From Paraspadella gotoi (lineage: Eukaryota; Animalia; Chaetognatha), in contig JBJCIZ010000869.1 of NCBI GenBank assembly GCA_051294375.1, positions 1-18,726 of the forward strand: a stretch of 18,726 nt of DNA, written 5' to 3'. Made by a program: the position numbers and the translations under genes. This document shows, in pieces, positions 1 to 8,326 of this stretch; the stretch's first letter is position 1; the number at the start of each line of letters is the position of its first letter. The notes under the pieces were generated by a model that ran no database searches, was not told the origin of the DNA, and saw nothing but the letters and a program-made list of their open reading frames with translations.

Positions 1-315
1 TACCAAAAACAGTATTGACATAATCATAAACAGTAATGTGCATAAAAGAACTGGGAAAACCTAAACTATGTAGTTAGAATTCAATAAAAAACAAAAGACC
101 CTAACATTAAAGAAGTGGAAAACAAGTAAAAACTGAAACTAATATTGAAATTCTAATAAAAACAAAAGACACTGAACGTTTTTTCTGAAATAAAAGAAAT
201 AAAAGAAATAAAAAGAAATAAAAGAAAGGCAAAAAATGTTACAATGGTTTACAATTGGAAATTTTTCAAAATTTTTTCGCAATCGCAGCTTGTAAAGATT
301 TTATTTTTATTTGTA

Positions 316-609
316 TTAAAATTAAGATATAGCTTCTCATTAAAAAGTTATTTTGAGTTCCCATTTTTATTAGAGATTTAAAAATTTTTTTTTGAATTTC
401 ATCTTCAATATTATATACTGCAATATGTAAATTAGATTAAAGCATTTCTATATACTGAATTTGGATATGATAATGACTACTATAATCTCATTTGCATATT
501 GCAGTAAATCATAATGAAGTGGAAATTCAAACAAAAAATACTTAAATCCAAATGTAATAGAGAAAATATCAAAGCTATTTCAAGATGAGAAGCCATATCT
601 AAATTTTAA
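316..609. repeat. Imperfect ~125-bp-arm inverted repeat inside copy A (equivalent at ~3034-3318 in copy B)
   Basis: TTAAAATTAAGATATAGCTTCTCAT (316-340) pairs with ATGAGAAGCCATATCTAAATTTTAA (585-609) with 2 mismatches. 394-439 pairs imperfectly with 483-528; loop ~440-482. Confidence 0.9.
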
Positions 610-723
610 CTTACTATGATGCACAACTTTTGTAAAACTTTATCATAATTCATAATAATTTTTATTTTAAAAAAAACGGTAGTCACAGCCAAACCTATAA
701 AAGCGTAGTAGTTTTTTATTTTA

Positions 724-981
724 AAAACAGCGTGACGGGGGGCCGACGGACCGACGACGACGGACGCCGACGACGACGACGACGACTACGTCACAAAGAA
801 GCGTCACCCGAATCAATATCAAGCCTGAGACCGGCTTCGCCCGGTCATGGACTGTTGATAAAAACAACAGAGCGTGACACGGGTACGACTGACGGGGACG
901 ACGACGACGACGTCACAAAGAAGGCAAACCTAAAACATTATAGAGCCTGAACCGGCTTCGCCGGTCATGGCTCGATAATAA
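724..981. repeat. Tandem duplication (~130 bp x2) of the element's terminal module: (GAC)n + CGTCACAAAGAAG + hairpin
   Basis: AGCGTGAC...(GAC)n...CGTCACAAAGAAG...AGCCTGA..ACCGGCTTCGCC(C)GGTCATGG occurs at ~724-852 and ~860-981. Confidence 0.9.
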
Positions 982-1432
982 CGGTTAAGTTAAAAAAATT
1001 TTACCGTTATTAAGAGTGAAGAGACAGTAATTGTTATGTGTTAATGACAGAACAGTCCCTGAGCTTCGGAGCAGACTATAACACCGAGTTAGAGGCCGGT
1101 AAAGCGCCCCGTCCCTCTTAACTGCAAGGCGACCACCGGGGTAGAACCGAATGACTTGCCTCCGGCACCAATGGCCGCTGATTAACTGTTGGTAGATTTT
1201 AGTCCACCATAGCGGTTAATTTTTAACGGTTAAGGAATCTCTATTGTTTACTCTATTCAGGAATTCGTTCCGTCGAGTTTCTTTCCTATAATTCCCTGAA
1301 ATTCTTGGGCAAAACCCAGCTCTCAGTCTCAGCCCCTCAACTCTGAAATCGTATTCGACTCAAGGACGATCGTTCTTTATCCTTAATCGTCCATTGGCCG
1401 CCGCAAAGCATCCAGAGGAATGTGAAGCGTAG

Positions 1433-1434
<2 letters not shown>

Positions 1435-1484
<50 letters not shown>

Positions 1485-1500
1485 TATATATATATATATA
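1435..1500. repeat. Compound (GA)n/(TA)n microsatellite
   Basis: GA run 1435-1476, then TA run 1483-1500. Confidence 0.98.
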
Positions 1501-2172
1501 TTAGGAAAATGGAAAAGAAACGAAAAAATGATTCTACGTTCGGACGTTAACCCTCGTCGCTCAACGACCTTGAAATTTAATAGCGAATTCTCTTCAACTC
1601 TTCCTCCTTTTTAACCCTATTATCCATTTAGCATAAAGCTGCACACAATCTCATCTTTCATGAGTTTATCACAATCGTTTATCATAACGGGTTGTCATAG
1701 CTTAGAAAATGATTTCTCCCCGAAGGTACATCACGAAAAAGCGTTAGTTATGGCCTCTTTTCGCAAAACCCCAGAGGCTCTCGTGGTTGATAAAGAGTGA
1801 CCTGAAAAACAATATTGCCCATATTATTATGACTTTAATCACCGCGTCAGGATTTAATGATGAAATACTTTTATAGTTAATTGCTCGGAAAAAATCATAC
1901 TTAGATTTAGTAGTGGAACCCAGTCGCGCTAAGAAATTCTCGAACAGAGCCGAGGTAGAGAGTCCGTAGCCCGCGCGTCCTTAAATCTCACGGCCGCGTC
2001 CCATTCCGTTCGCCATAGGTGCCATTGACTTATTACGAGAAACTCCATTTCTGGACCTCGGGGTTTTTCGTCCGGCGAAACCTCGAGGAGAGAGTCTTTG
2101 TGGCCGAGAGAATCGGACCAACATAATTAGTCGAGGGTCGACGATTCGGGAGAGAGTCGTCAGATTATTTAT

Positions 2173-2174
<2 letters not shown>

Positions 2175-2236
<62 letters not shown>
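2175..2236. repeat. (TC)n microsatellite
   Basis: ~31 TC units with one TT interruption. A short CA/TC tract also lies at ~2498-2520. Confidence 0.98.
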
Positions 2237-2342
2237 ACCCCAGATTTTGCTTGACTCGGGATTATTTTTGCAACGCAAACGAAATAGCGAAGGAAACAAA
2301 GAATCGAGCGACGGACAGACAGCTCGACTCGGCTCGGCAATT

Positions 2343-2418
2343 GGCCAAGAGCTTGGCGCCGCGAGGGCCAAGAGCTTGGCGCCGCGAGGGCCAAGAGCTT
2401 GGCGCCGCGAGGGCCAAG
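2343..2418. repeat. Perfect 23-bp GC-rich minisatellite, 3.3 copies
   Basis: GGCCAAGAGCTTGGCGCCGCGAG at 2343, 2366 and 2389, plus a partial GGCCAAG at 2412. Confidence 0.97.
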
Positions 2419-2766
2419 GAACGCCGCAACCGTTTTTGTTTCAAGCTTATTTCTTTCTTTTCACTGTGATTACACCTGACTGCCACTGAATCATTTACAC
2501 ACACTCTCTCTCTCTCTTTCTCCCTCCTTTATCCATTTATCCACTCCCCCTCCTAACAGCATAATGATCTCTCATTGTCTGGAAATCTAGCGAACGCATA
2601 CGAATCAATTTTCATTTTCCCCTAATGAGACTTCGGCTCGCATTTTAATTTGCGAACGCGAATGTCGACTCTTTCTCGGAAGTCTCTACGTCGCCGGATC
2701 GCACCCCGCCGCCGAACATACACCCGTGTTCTAGATTTATTCTAGATTATTTATTTTTATGACAGG

Positions 2767-3491
2767 TTAATTATCGAGCCTACCGGCAAAGCCGGTTCAG
2801 GCTCGATATTGATTCGGGTGAGCTTCTTTGTGACGTCGTCGTCGTCGGCGTCACGCTTTTCGATATTGTTTCGGGTCAGCTTCGTTGTGACGTCGTCGTA
2901 GTCGTCGTCGTCGGCGTCGTTGTATAAAAACTACTACGCTTTTATTGTTTTGGCTGGGACTTACCGTTTTTTTTTAAATAAAAATTATTATGAATTACGA
3001 TTAAGTTTTATAAAAGTGAGCGATCATAGTAAGTTAAAAATTTAGATATGGCTTCTCATCTTAAAATAGCTTTGAAATTTTCATATTACATTCGGATTCA
3101 AGTATTTTTTTTTGAATTTCCATTATGATTTAGTGCAATATGTAAATGAGATTATAGTACTCAATATAATATCCAAATTATTATATAGAAATGCTTTAAT
3201 ATTTACATATTGCAGTAAATAATATTGAAGATGAAATTAAAAAAATAAATCTTTGAATCAATTAAAAACATGTGAAATCAAAAGATCTTTTTAATGAGAA
3301 GCCATATCTTAATTTTAATACAAATAAAAATAAAATCTTTTCCAAGCTATGATTGGAAAAAATTGTAACAATTTCCAATTTTAAACAATTATAACATTTT
3401 TTTTCCTTTCTTTTATTTTATTTTATTTTATTCTTTTATTTTCAACAATTATTATCTTTTATTTTCATCAATTATTATCTTTTATTTTCAA
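2767..3491 (+). mobile_element. Non-autonomous Helentron/HINE-like element, copy B, ending at a LINE junction
   Basis: TATCGAGCCT (2772-2781) and AGGCTCGATA (2799-2808) form a perfect IR enclosing ACCGGC-AAA-GCCGGT. (GTC)n tracts at ~2835-2920, then the palindromic AT-rich body. Inverted homologue of 187-981. Ends in TTTTA repeats and a 23-bp tandem at 3433-3491. Confidence 0.6.
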
Positions 3492-3492
3492 A

Positions 3493-4304
3493 AGGATTTT
3501 TGATATCCAATGTAGAGTAAGGGAACAAGTTGAAAATAATTGTCCCAACTGATCATCTCCTGACTTCATTTTAGAGGTAAATGGAGCCAATAGAAGGTTG
3601 AGTGAAATGTCATTTGCGGAAACTTATTCTCAATTGAGAGTTAATTTAAAAGTAGTAAGGCATTATGAAGAGAAATGGGAAAGAGTACTTGGAATTAGTT
3701 TAACTAATGAGTGGAGGGCCATCTGGGGAGCAATTATGTACTCTGATACTTCTTACTATGTTAGATCTTCTATTTGGCGCCAGGTAAATTTAAATTTCTG
3801 GACAGCATACATGGATTATGCCTATGTAGGAAGAGGTGATGGCTTTTGTGATCTTTGGTGGTGTTGTAGCACGTGAAAGATGGCATATTTTGACTCACTG
3901 CGAAGTGGTTGTAAGACTATGGGAGAAATTGAGTGTGACACTGTTTCAAATTTGATGATAAGCAAGTAGATAACGAGAGATGAGCTTAGGCTTAATAGGA
4001 CAAGGGGTTAAAGTGAGGTTAAGAAATAAATTAGGATTTATTTTAAGATCTGTTATATTCAAGATGAGAGCACAGAGGATTAGGAATGTTGAGTCGGCGG
4101 TTGAAAGACTGTGGAAAATATTTGTTATTCATTTGAAAAAGGATTTTAGAACAAGATTATTGGGTGGCCAAATTAAGTGGCAGATTGGGAAGTTTTAAAA
4201 AAAGAATCTTATTGGGTAATGTACTGGGTACATTAAATGATGATGGGACTGTAGAGTGGGGAAACTTAATTAAACGGTTAAAATTGCTATTGGAACTTAT
4301 TTAA
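3493..4304 (+). pseudogene. LINE ORF2 C-terminal region with zf-RVT-type CCHC zinc knuckle (frameshifts and stops)
   Basis: ORF 3598-3876 (KWERVLG..EWRAIW..RSSIWR). Removing one G at ~3857 gives CDLCGVVARERWHILTHCEVVVRLW (CX2CX8HX4C, W 7 residues later; 3847-3922), typical of L1/Tx1 ORF2 ends. Continues into ORF 3980-4198. End coordinate approximate. Confidence 0.8.
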
Positions 4305-4370
4305 TCAATGAGGGTATCTCGTATTGGGTATTTGGCTATTCAGGTATTGGAGGACCACATATCTATATCT

Positions 4371-4627
4371 TTGTTTATTAGCGTCTTGTTTTGTTATTAT
4401 TAATATAGGTTTTTGAGTATTATTAGCGTCTCATTTTGTTTTTAGCGTCTCTTTGTTTTAATTAGCGTCTTTGTTTTTTATTAGTGTCTTTCTGTTTTAT
4501 TAGCGTTTTATTAGCGTTTTATTAGCGTCTTTTGTTTTATTAGTGTCTTTATGTTTTTAGCGTCTTTTTGTTTTTATTAGTGTCTTTCTGTTTTTAGCGT
4601 CTTTTGTTTTATTAGTGTCTTTCTGTT
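4371..4627. repeat. Degenerate minisatellite in the LINE 3' UTR, core TTTTATTAGYGTCTT
   Basis: More than 10 copies of TTAG(C/T)GT(CT) separated by variable T-rich linkers. Confidence 0.9.
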
Positions 4628-4782
4628 GATTATTATTTAAAAATATGTGTATGTGTGTATTATATATATATATAATTGATTATTAAAAAAAAAAAAAAAA
4701 AAAAAACAATTTGTTCTTATCGAATAAAACACTCATATTGTTCACTGCTAAAAAAAAAAAAAATTCTTTTATTTCTATTCAC

Positions 4783-5663
4783 ATGGTGGTGGCTATTCAC
4801 ATGGGGCGTGAATGTGAGTGGAGAGACGGCGATGATGTCTATCGTTACCGTCTGGAATACGACCGACAGCCCCACCAATGCACCCGGGGATGCAATGACT
4901 CTCCACCGTGATGGCATTTGCCATTTATGGACAATGAAAAAGGAGGAGAGGGAGAGGGCTGGGCAGCAGAAGTTCTTCTGCTTCTCTTCATCTCTCATAC
5001 GCTTAGCGTCGGACACGGATGCCACCCGTTTTGACGGCATTCCTGGGGCACGGATTATGATGAAACAATACTACCTCAGGCAGAGGTATTTGTTGTCCAA
5101 GCTGGAGCGAATGTGAACAATGGCGCAATGTAAGAGTCCAAGGAACACTTACGTCACCAGTGTGTGGAGCTCACTAAACGTGGCTGTGTGGACTCGCCAT
5201 AAGTGTTGGCGCTATGTGGGGCGTGGGAAAGAAGGCTCTACCTGGTTGATCTCTACCTGGTTGGTGCTGCAGAGCAGAAGAGAAGGACAGATGGTGCGTC
5301 ACACTGGTTGATGGTAAGGTCGGCGATGAGGAAGGTGGCGAGGGAGAGGTGGTTAGGTAGATGGATCTTGTGGAAGAGAGCTGGAGTGGGACCCTTCTCG
5401 AGATTTGGTGAATGATGGAGTCCACTTCTCAGAAGTAGGGACAATGAAGGTGTTGGGAGAGGTTAGTCGCGTGGTGGAGGAAGAGACGGGGATCAAGATT
5501 TTTGAAGGTGTGGAGCCGGCACCGATGCCCTACTCTCGCATGCATATTCAATAATCACTACAAAGTGGGGTGCTATAGATGTACACGGATGCATGAGCGG
5601 GAGTTTCGAGGGACAGGTCGAGCTCCCCTTCAGCTGGAAGAGGCAAGAATCGTCATTGAGTGA
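4783..5663 (+). pseudogene. LINE ORF1: SGNH/GDSL esterase domain with Cys/His knuckle-like motifs, frameshifted
   Basis: SGNH blocks in order across frames: block I-like FSSSLIR (4982-5002), block II IPGARI (5039-5056), block III VFVVQAGAN (5086-5112), block V DGVHF (5414-5428). CYRCTRMH at 5571-5594. CTRGC..H..C at 4879-4921 (needs one frameshift). Lies directly upstream of an APE ORF. Start and end approximate. Confidence 0.75.
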
Positions 5664-5704
5664 AAAAAGGTGACTTTTTCTTAATAGTGGGAAACTAAAC
5701 AAAA

Positions 5705-5823
5705 CATTAGTAGTCTGGCTTTTTGTTCTTTTATTTTTCATTGAATTTAATTAGATCATTAGATCATTAGTGGTCTGACTTTTTATTCTTTTATTTTTCA
5801 TTGAGTTTAATTAGTTCATTAGA
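5705..5823. repeat. 60-bp direct tandem repeat (x2) in the LINE inter-ORF spacer
   Basis: CATTAGT(A/G)GTCTG..TTTTT.TTCTTTTATTTTTCATTGA.TTTAATTAG.TCATTAGA repeated with exact period 60 and ~5 substitutions. Confidence 0.95.
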
Positions 5824-5988
5824 AAAGAAATCCTAGAGGACTACAATTTGACTTAAAAAATATTTTTTAGGCTTTTTTGAAATTCAAAATTTCATGCATT
5901 TTTTGGATTTTTTCGATACATTGTTCAAGGATCAAAAATTAAGAAGTAAAATTTAAAATTAAGAGATTAAAAATTCAAAATTGTTTTG

Positions 5989-6149
5989 ATGGCGATGGCA
6001 AGGAATGTAGCTGATCTTGGGGATAATGTTGTTTACAGGGTTGTAACTTGGAATAGTGGGGGGTTAAAAAGTGATACAGGGCAGAAAAAGGATGATTGGT
6101 TACTGAGTGTGTTGAATGCAGATAGGGGATTAGTTATGATGGTTATTCA
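5989..6149 (+). pseudogene. LINE ORF2 N-terminus (APE-type endonuclease), interrupted by hAT insertion
   Basis: MAMARN...YRVVTWNSGGL matches APE motif I (TWNxxGL; TWN at 6046-6054). LVMMVI-CA| breaks exactly where the conserved hydrophobic-Q-E motif II is expected. The rest of ORF 5986-6270 is read-through into transposon DNA. Confidence 0.8.
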
Positions 6150-6189
6150 CAGGGTTGGCATTAAAAAACCCACCCAAAAAAAACCACCC

Positions 6190-6230
6190 AAAAAAACCCA
6201 AAAAAACCCAGGGTTTTTTTGGGTTTTTTT
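6190..6230. repeat. Perfect 20-bp inverted repeat with 1-nt spacer in the hAT subterminal region
   Basis: AAAAAAACCCAAAAAAACCC-A-GGGTTTTTTTGGGTTTTTTT. Confidence 0.95.
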
Positions 6231-6362
6231 AAAAATGATATTTTTTTTGTATCTTTCTCTTTTAATATAATTAATAAACTTCTTAAATATTAAATAATAT
6301 ACAGCATCTGACTTACTTATAAATCGTTCTTAGACGTCTTCTAACTTGATTTCTGTTGTGTT

Positions 6363-8295
6363 TTAGCTTGATTCTAACTTGATTTTGATCTCTGACTTGA
6401 CTGACTTGATCTTTGTATCTGACTTAAAAATTGGCCACAATAATTTGATATTTACATTATTTACAATTCCATTCTCTTTCTTTTTTTTAATCCTTTTTTG
6501 TAAGGCTTTGTAAACCTTTACCAGTTTCATAGCTTTTTCTGGCCCAAGTTTTCTAGTTTTGGACCAAACTAACCCAAAGGTTGAAAACCATCTTTCTATT
6601 GAAGCTGAGCTGGCTGGGCAAGAGTGAAGTGAAATCATAAAGGTACAGAAAGCAGCAAAACTGTTTTCTTCACTACTGTCAGAAAAAAAGGATGATTTTT
6701 CCTTCATAATTTTCCACCAGTCTGTTGGCCCCATCTTGCTAAGAGTGGGTAGAAACATATGCTGAGGGAAATACTTATTCTTTTTAAGTTTATAGCTAAA
6801 GTAATGCTGTAAAAAAGATTCGTTTCTTTCTGCTAACCATGTTTCTGCGCAATTTATCTGCAAAGTTTCTAATTCTAAAAATTCTCCAGTTAAAGTACGA
6901 TGATCTGTCAAATATGCTAAAAAATGAAAAGGCTCCACTCCTTTTTCAAATCTTTTTCTAATCGCTTCACGATACGGGAGAAGAAGATCGTCATTTAAAA
7001 GACTTAACCATAGAGATATTGAATCAGAAAGAAGACATGAATCGCTTTGCACTTTGTCTAAGGCAATACTAAACCTTTTCATTTGATTTAACAGATGGTT
7101 CGCCTCACGAGTCACCCCAATATTGTCAATTATTTTTCCTATATTTAGAGGCATATTGTCCATAATTTCGCTTCTGATTTCTAAATATATTGAATGGTTT
7201 TTAACATAGGTTTCCAAACATGTTATTTCAGAATTCCATCTATTCTCATTTGGAATTTGTGGCATCAGACCACCTTTCTCTTTCAATAAACCATGAACAA
7301 TGTGAACATTTCTAAAGTACTTTTGAACCTCAACAATTTGCTTTGTAATAACACTAACGGTCACATCTTTTTGTAAAAGATTTAAATACTGAGCTCCACA
7401 TCCATATGTAAGCATATTGGGATATTTCTCTTCTAAAACAAATGATACCTCATTTTAACCATTTTCATTTCATATCAGTAACTGCAAGCAAAAACAATTT
7501 TGCCAGTCTCTGCTTTAATTTTTTCTATTGCTTCAGACGCAATGTTGACACAATAGGTGGCGGTTTTTTTTTTCTGATCCAGAATCGACAATATCTTGGA
7601 GATGACTTTTTTTGCCATCAAAAATCGAATGAGCAATTATTGGGTCATTTTGAACGCAAGACCAGCCATCTTGAGACAGAACAAGAGTATCTTGGTTTTC
7701 AAACACGTTGTTTATTTATTTTTGGACATCTGAATGAATTTCCTCTAATAAATCTCCACCTAATCTTTTCCTATTGGGTGGCGTATAGCCCGGATGCAAA
7801 AGATCACAGAGTTTTAAAAACTCTGGGTTTTAAACATTGCTGAAAGGGTTGTTGGAAGAAAACATGTACCTAAAAACATAAAAACATTATTAAATACAAC
7901 TTTTTATTAAAATAAATAAAATTACATACCTTCCCACTTGTTTATCAATTTTTTTCTTTTAAATCAACTGGAGTTTTCACAATAAAACTGTTAAGACTGC
8001 TTTTTAAACATTTTGCAACTGGAGTAGGACACAAACTTAACGTATCAGAATCCCACATGTCAGATGAATTGCTCATTGAACTAAGAGGACGATTTAATGG
8101 GGGAGACATTTGAAATGATAAGTCCTTTTGTTCTTTTTTCTTCTCCTTACACTTTTTTAGATGCTAGCGAATTCGTTCTATCTTATTACTAATTTGTTCA
8201 CAGCAGTGATCGCAGCTAACTTTTTTTGAGTCATTTTCAACCGGGCTCACCTCTGCCCACTCCATTCCTTTTTTTCTACCACTACCAAACGGCAT
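6363..8295 (-). pseudogene. hAT transposase (BED finger, DUF659-like DDE core, C-terminal dimerisation domain), two coding exons, disrupted
   Basis: ATG at 8295: MPFGSGRKKGMEW...CDHC...R*HLKKC (BED finger, in-frame TAG at 8164-8166). After the intron: NNPFSNV*NPEFLKLCDLLHPGYTPPNRKRL, DGWS (7670-7659), VTD (7482-7474), YGCGAQYLNLL (CxxH with H>Q), RWNS and PASSASIERWFS (E at 6596-6594). Several frameshifts between ~7440 and ~7955. Confidence 0.92.
7870..7929 (-). other. 60-nt GT-AG intron in the transposase coding region
   Basis: Minus strand AAG|GTATGT...TTTTTAG|GTAC, very AT-rich. Removal joins IDKQVG-R-YMFSSNNPF as expected for hAT transposases. Confidence 0.85.
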
Positions 8296-8326
8296 TATTA
8301 ATAAATTAGGATGTTATTTTAGTAAC

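Larger units (their letters stand above)
187..981 (-). mobile_element. Non-autonomous Helentron/HINE (DINE-1/CvA-like) element, copy A, distal end missing
   Basis: Reverse complement aligns by eye with 2767-3440. The minus strand begins TTATTATCGAGCCATGACCGGCGAAGCCGGTTCAGGCTC (hairpin), followed by a (GTC)n tract and an AT-rich palindromic body. This order matches known HINE architecture. The repeat is directly seen; the family assignment is inference. Confidence 0.6.
3493..4706 (+). mobile_element. 5'-truncated non-LTR retrotransposon (L1/Tx1-like) 3' end with 3' UTR and poly-A tail
   Basis: Degenerate ORF2 C-terminus, T-rich repetitive UTR, then A22 at 4685-4706. Confidence 0.8.

Noticed and set aside
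490-497. Octamer motif ATTTGCAT
   Set aside because: Lies within a repeat arm, is not conserved in the partner arm or in copy B, and has no associated snRNA or promoter.
732-950. 72-aa R/D-rich ORF
   Set aside because: Translation of (GAC)n tracts within the repeat element.
1090-1160. HDV-like ribozyme (GGCCGG...GTCCC...CGAATG) or 5S rRNA gene
   Set aside because: P1/P2/P3 pairings could not be completed, and the 5S-like patches have wrong spacing and lack the 3' half. Kept only as an unclassified structured segment.
2343-2418. CRISPR-like palindromic repeat
   Set aside because: Units are directly adjacent with no spacers, there are no cas genes, and the context is eukaryotic.
1981-2504. 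Overlapping ORFs with RE repeats and repeated peptides
   Set aside because: Translations of the (TC)n tract and the 23-bp minisatellite; no protein family signal.
4707-4720. TSD for the first LINE (AACAATT also at ~3444)
   Set aside because: Short, AT-rich and not adjacent to the 5' junction; not distinguishable from chance.
4676-5741. Short ORFs on both strands as independent genes
   Set aside because: Plus-strand ORFs are fragments or alternate frames of the frameshifted esterase ORF1; minus-strand ORFs are antisense shadows.
6160-6230. Telomere-like AAAACCC/GGGTTTT repeats or telomere fusion
   Set aside because: Short, irregular and adjacent to a hAT terminus; better explained as subterminal repeats.
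7442-7843. 133-aa plus-strand ORF
   Set aside because: Antisense shadow of the transposase catalytic region.
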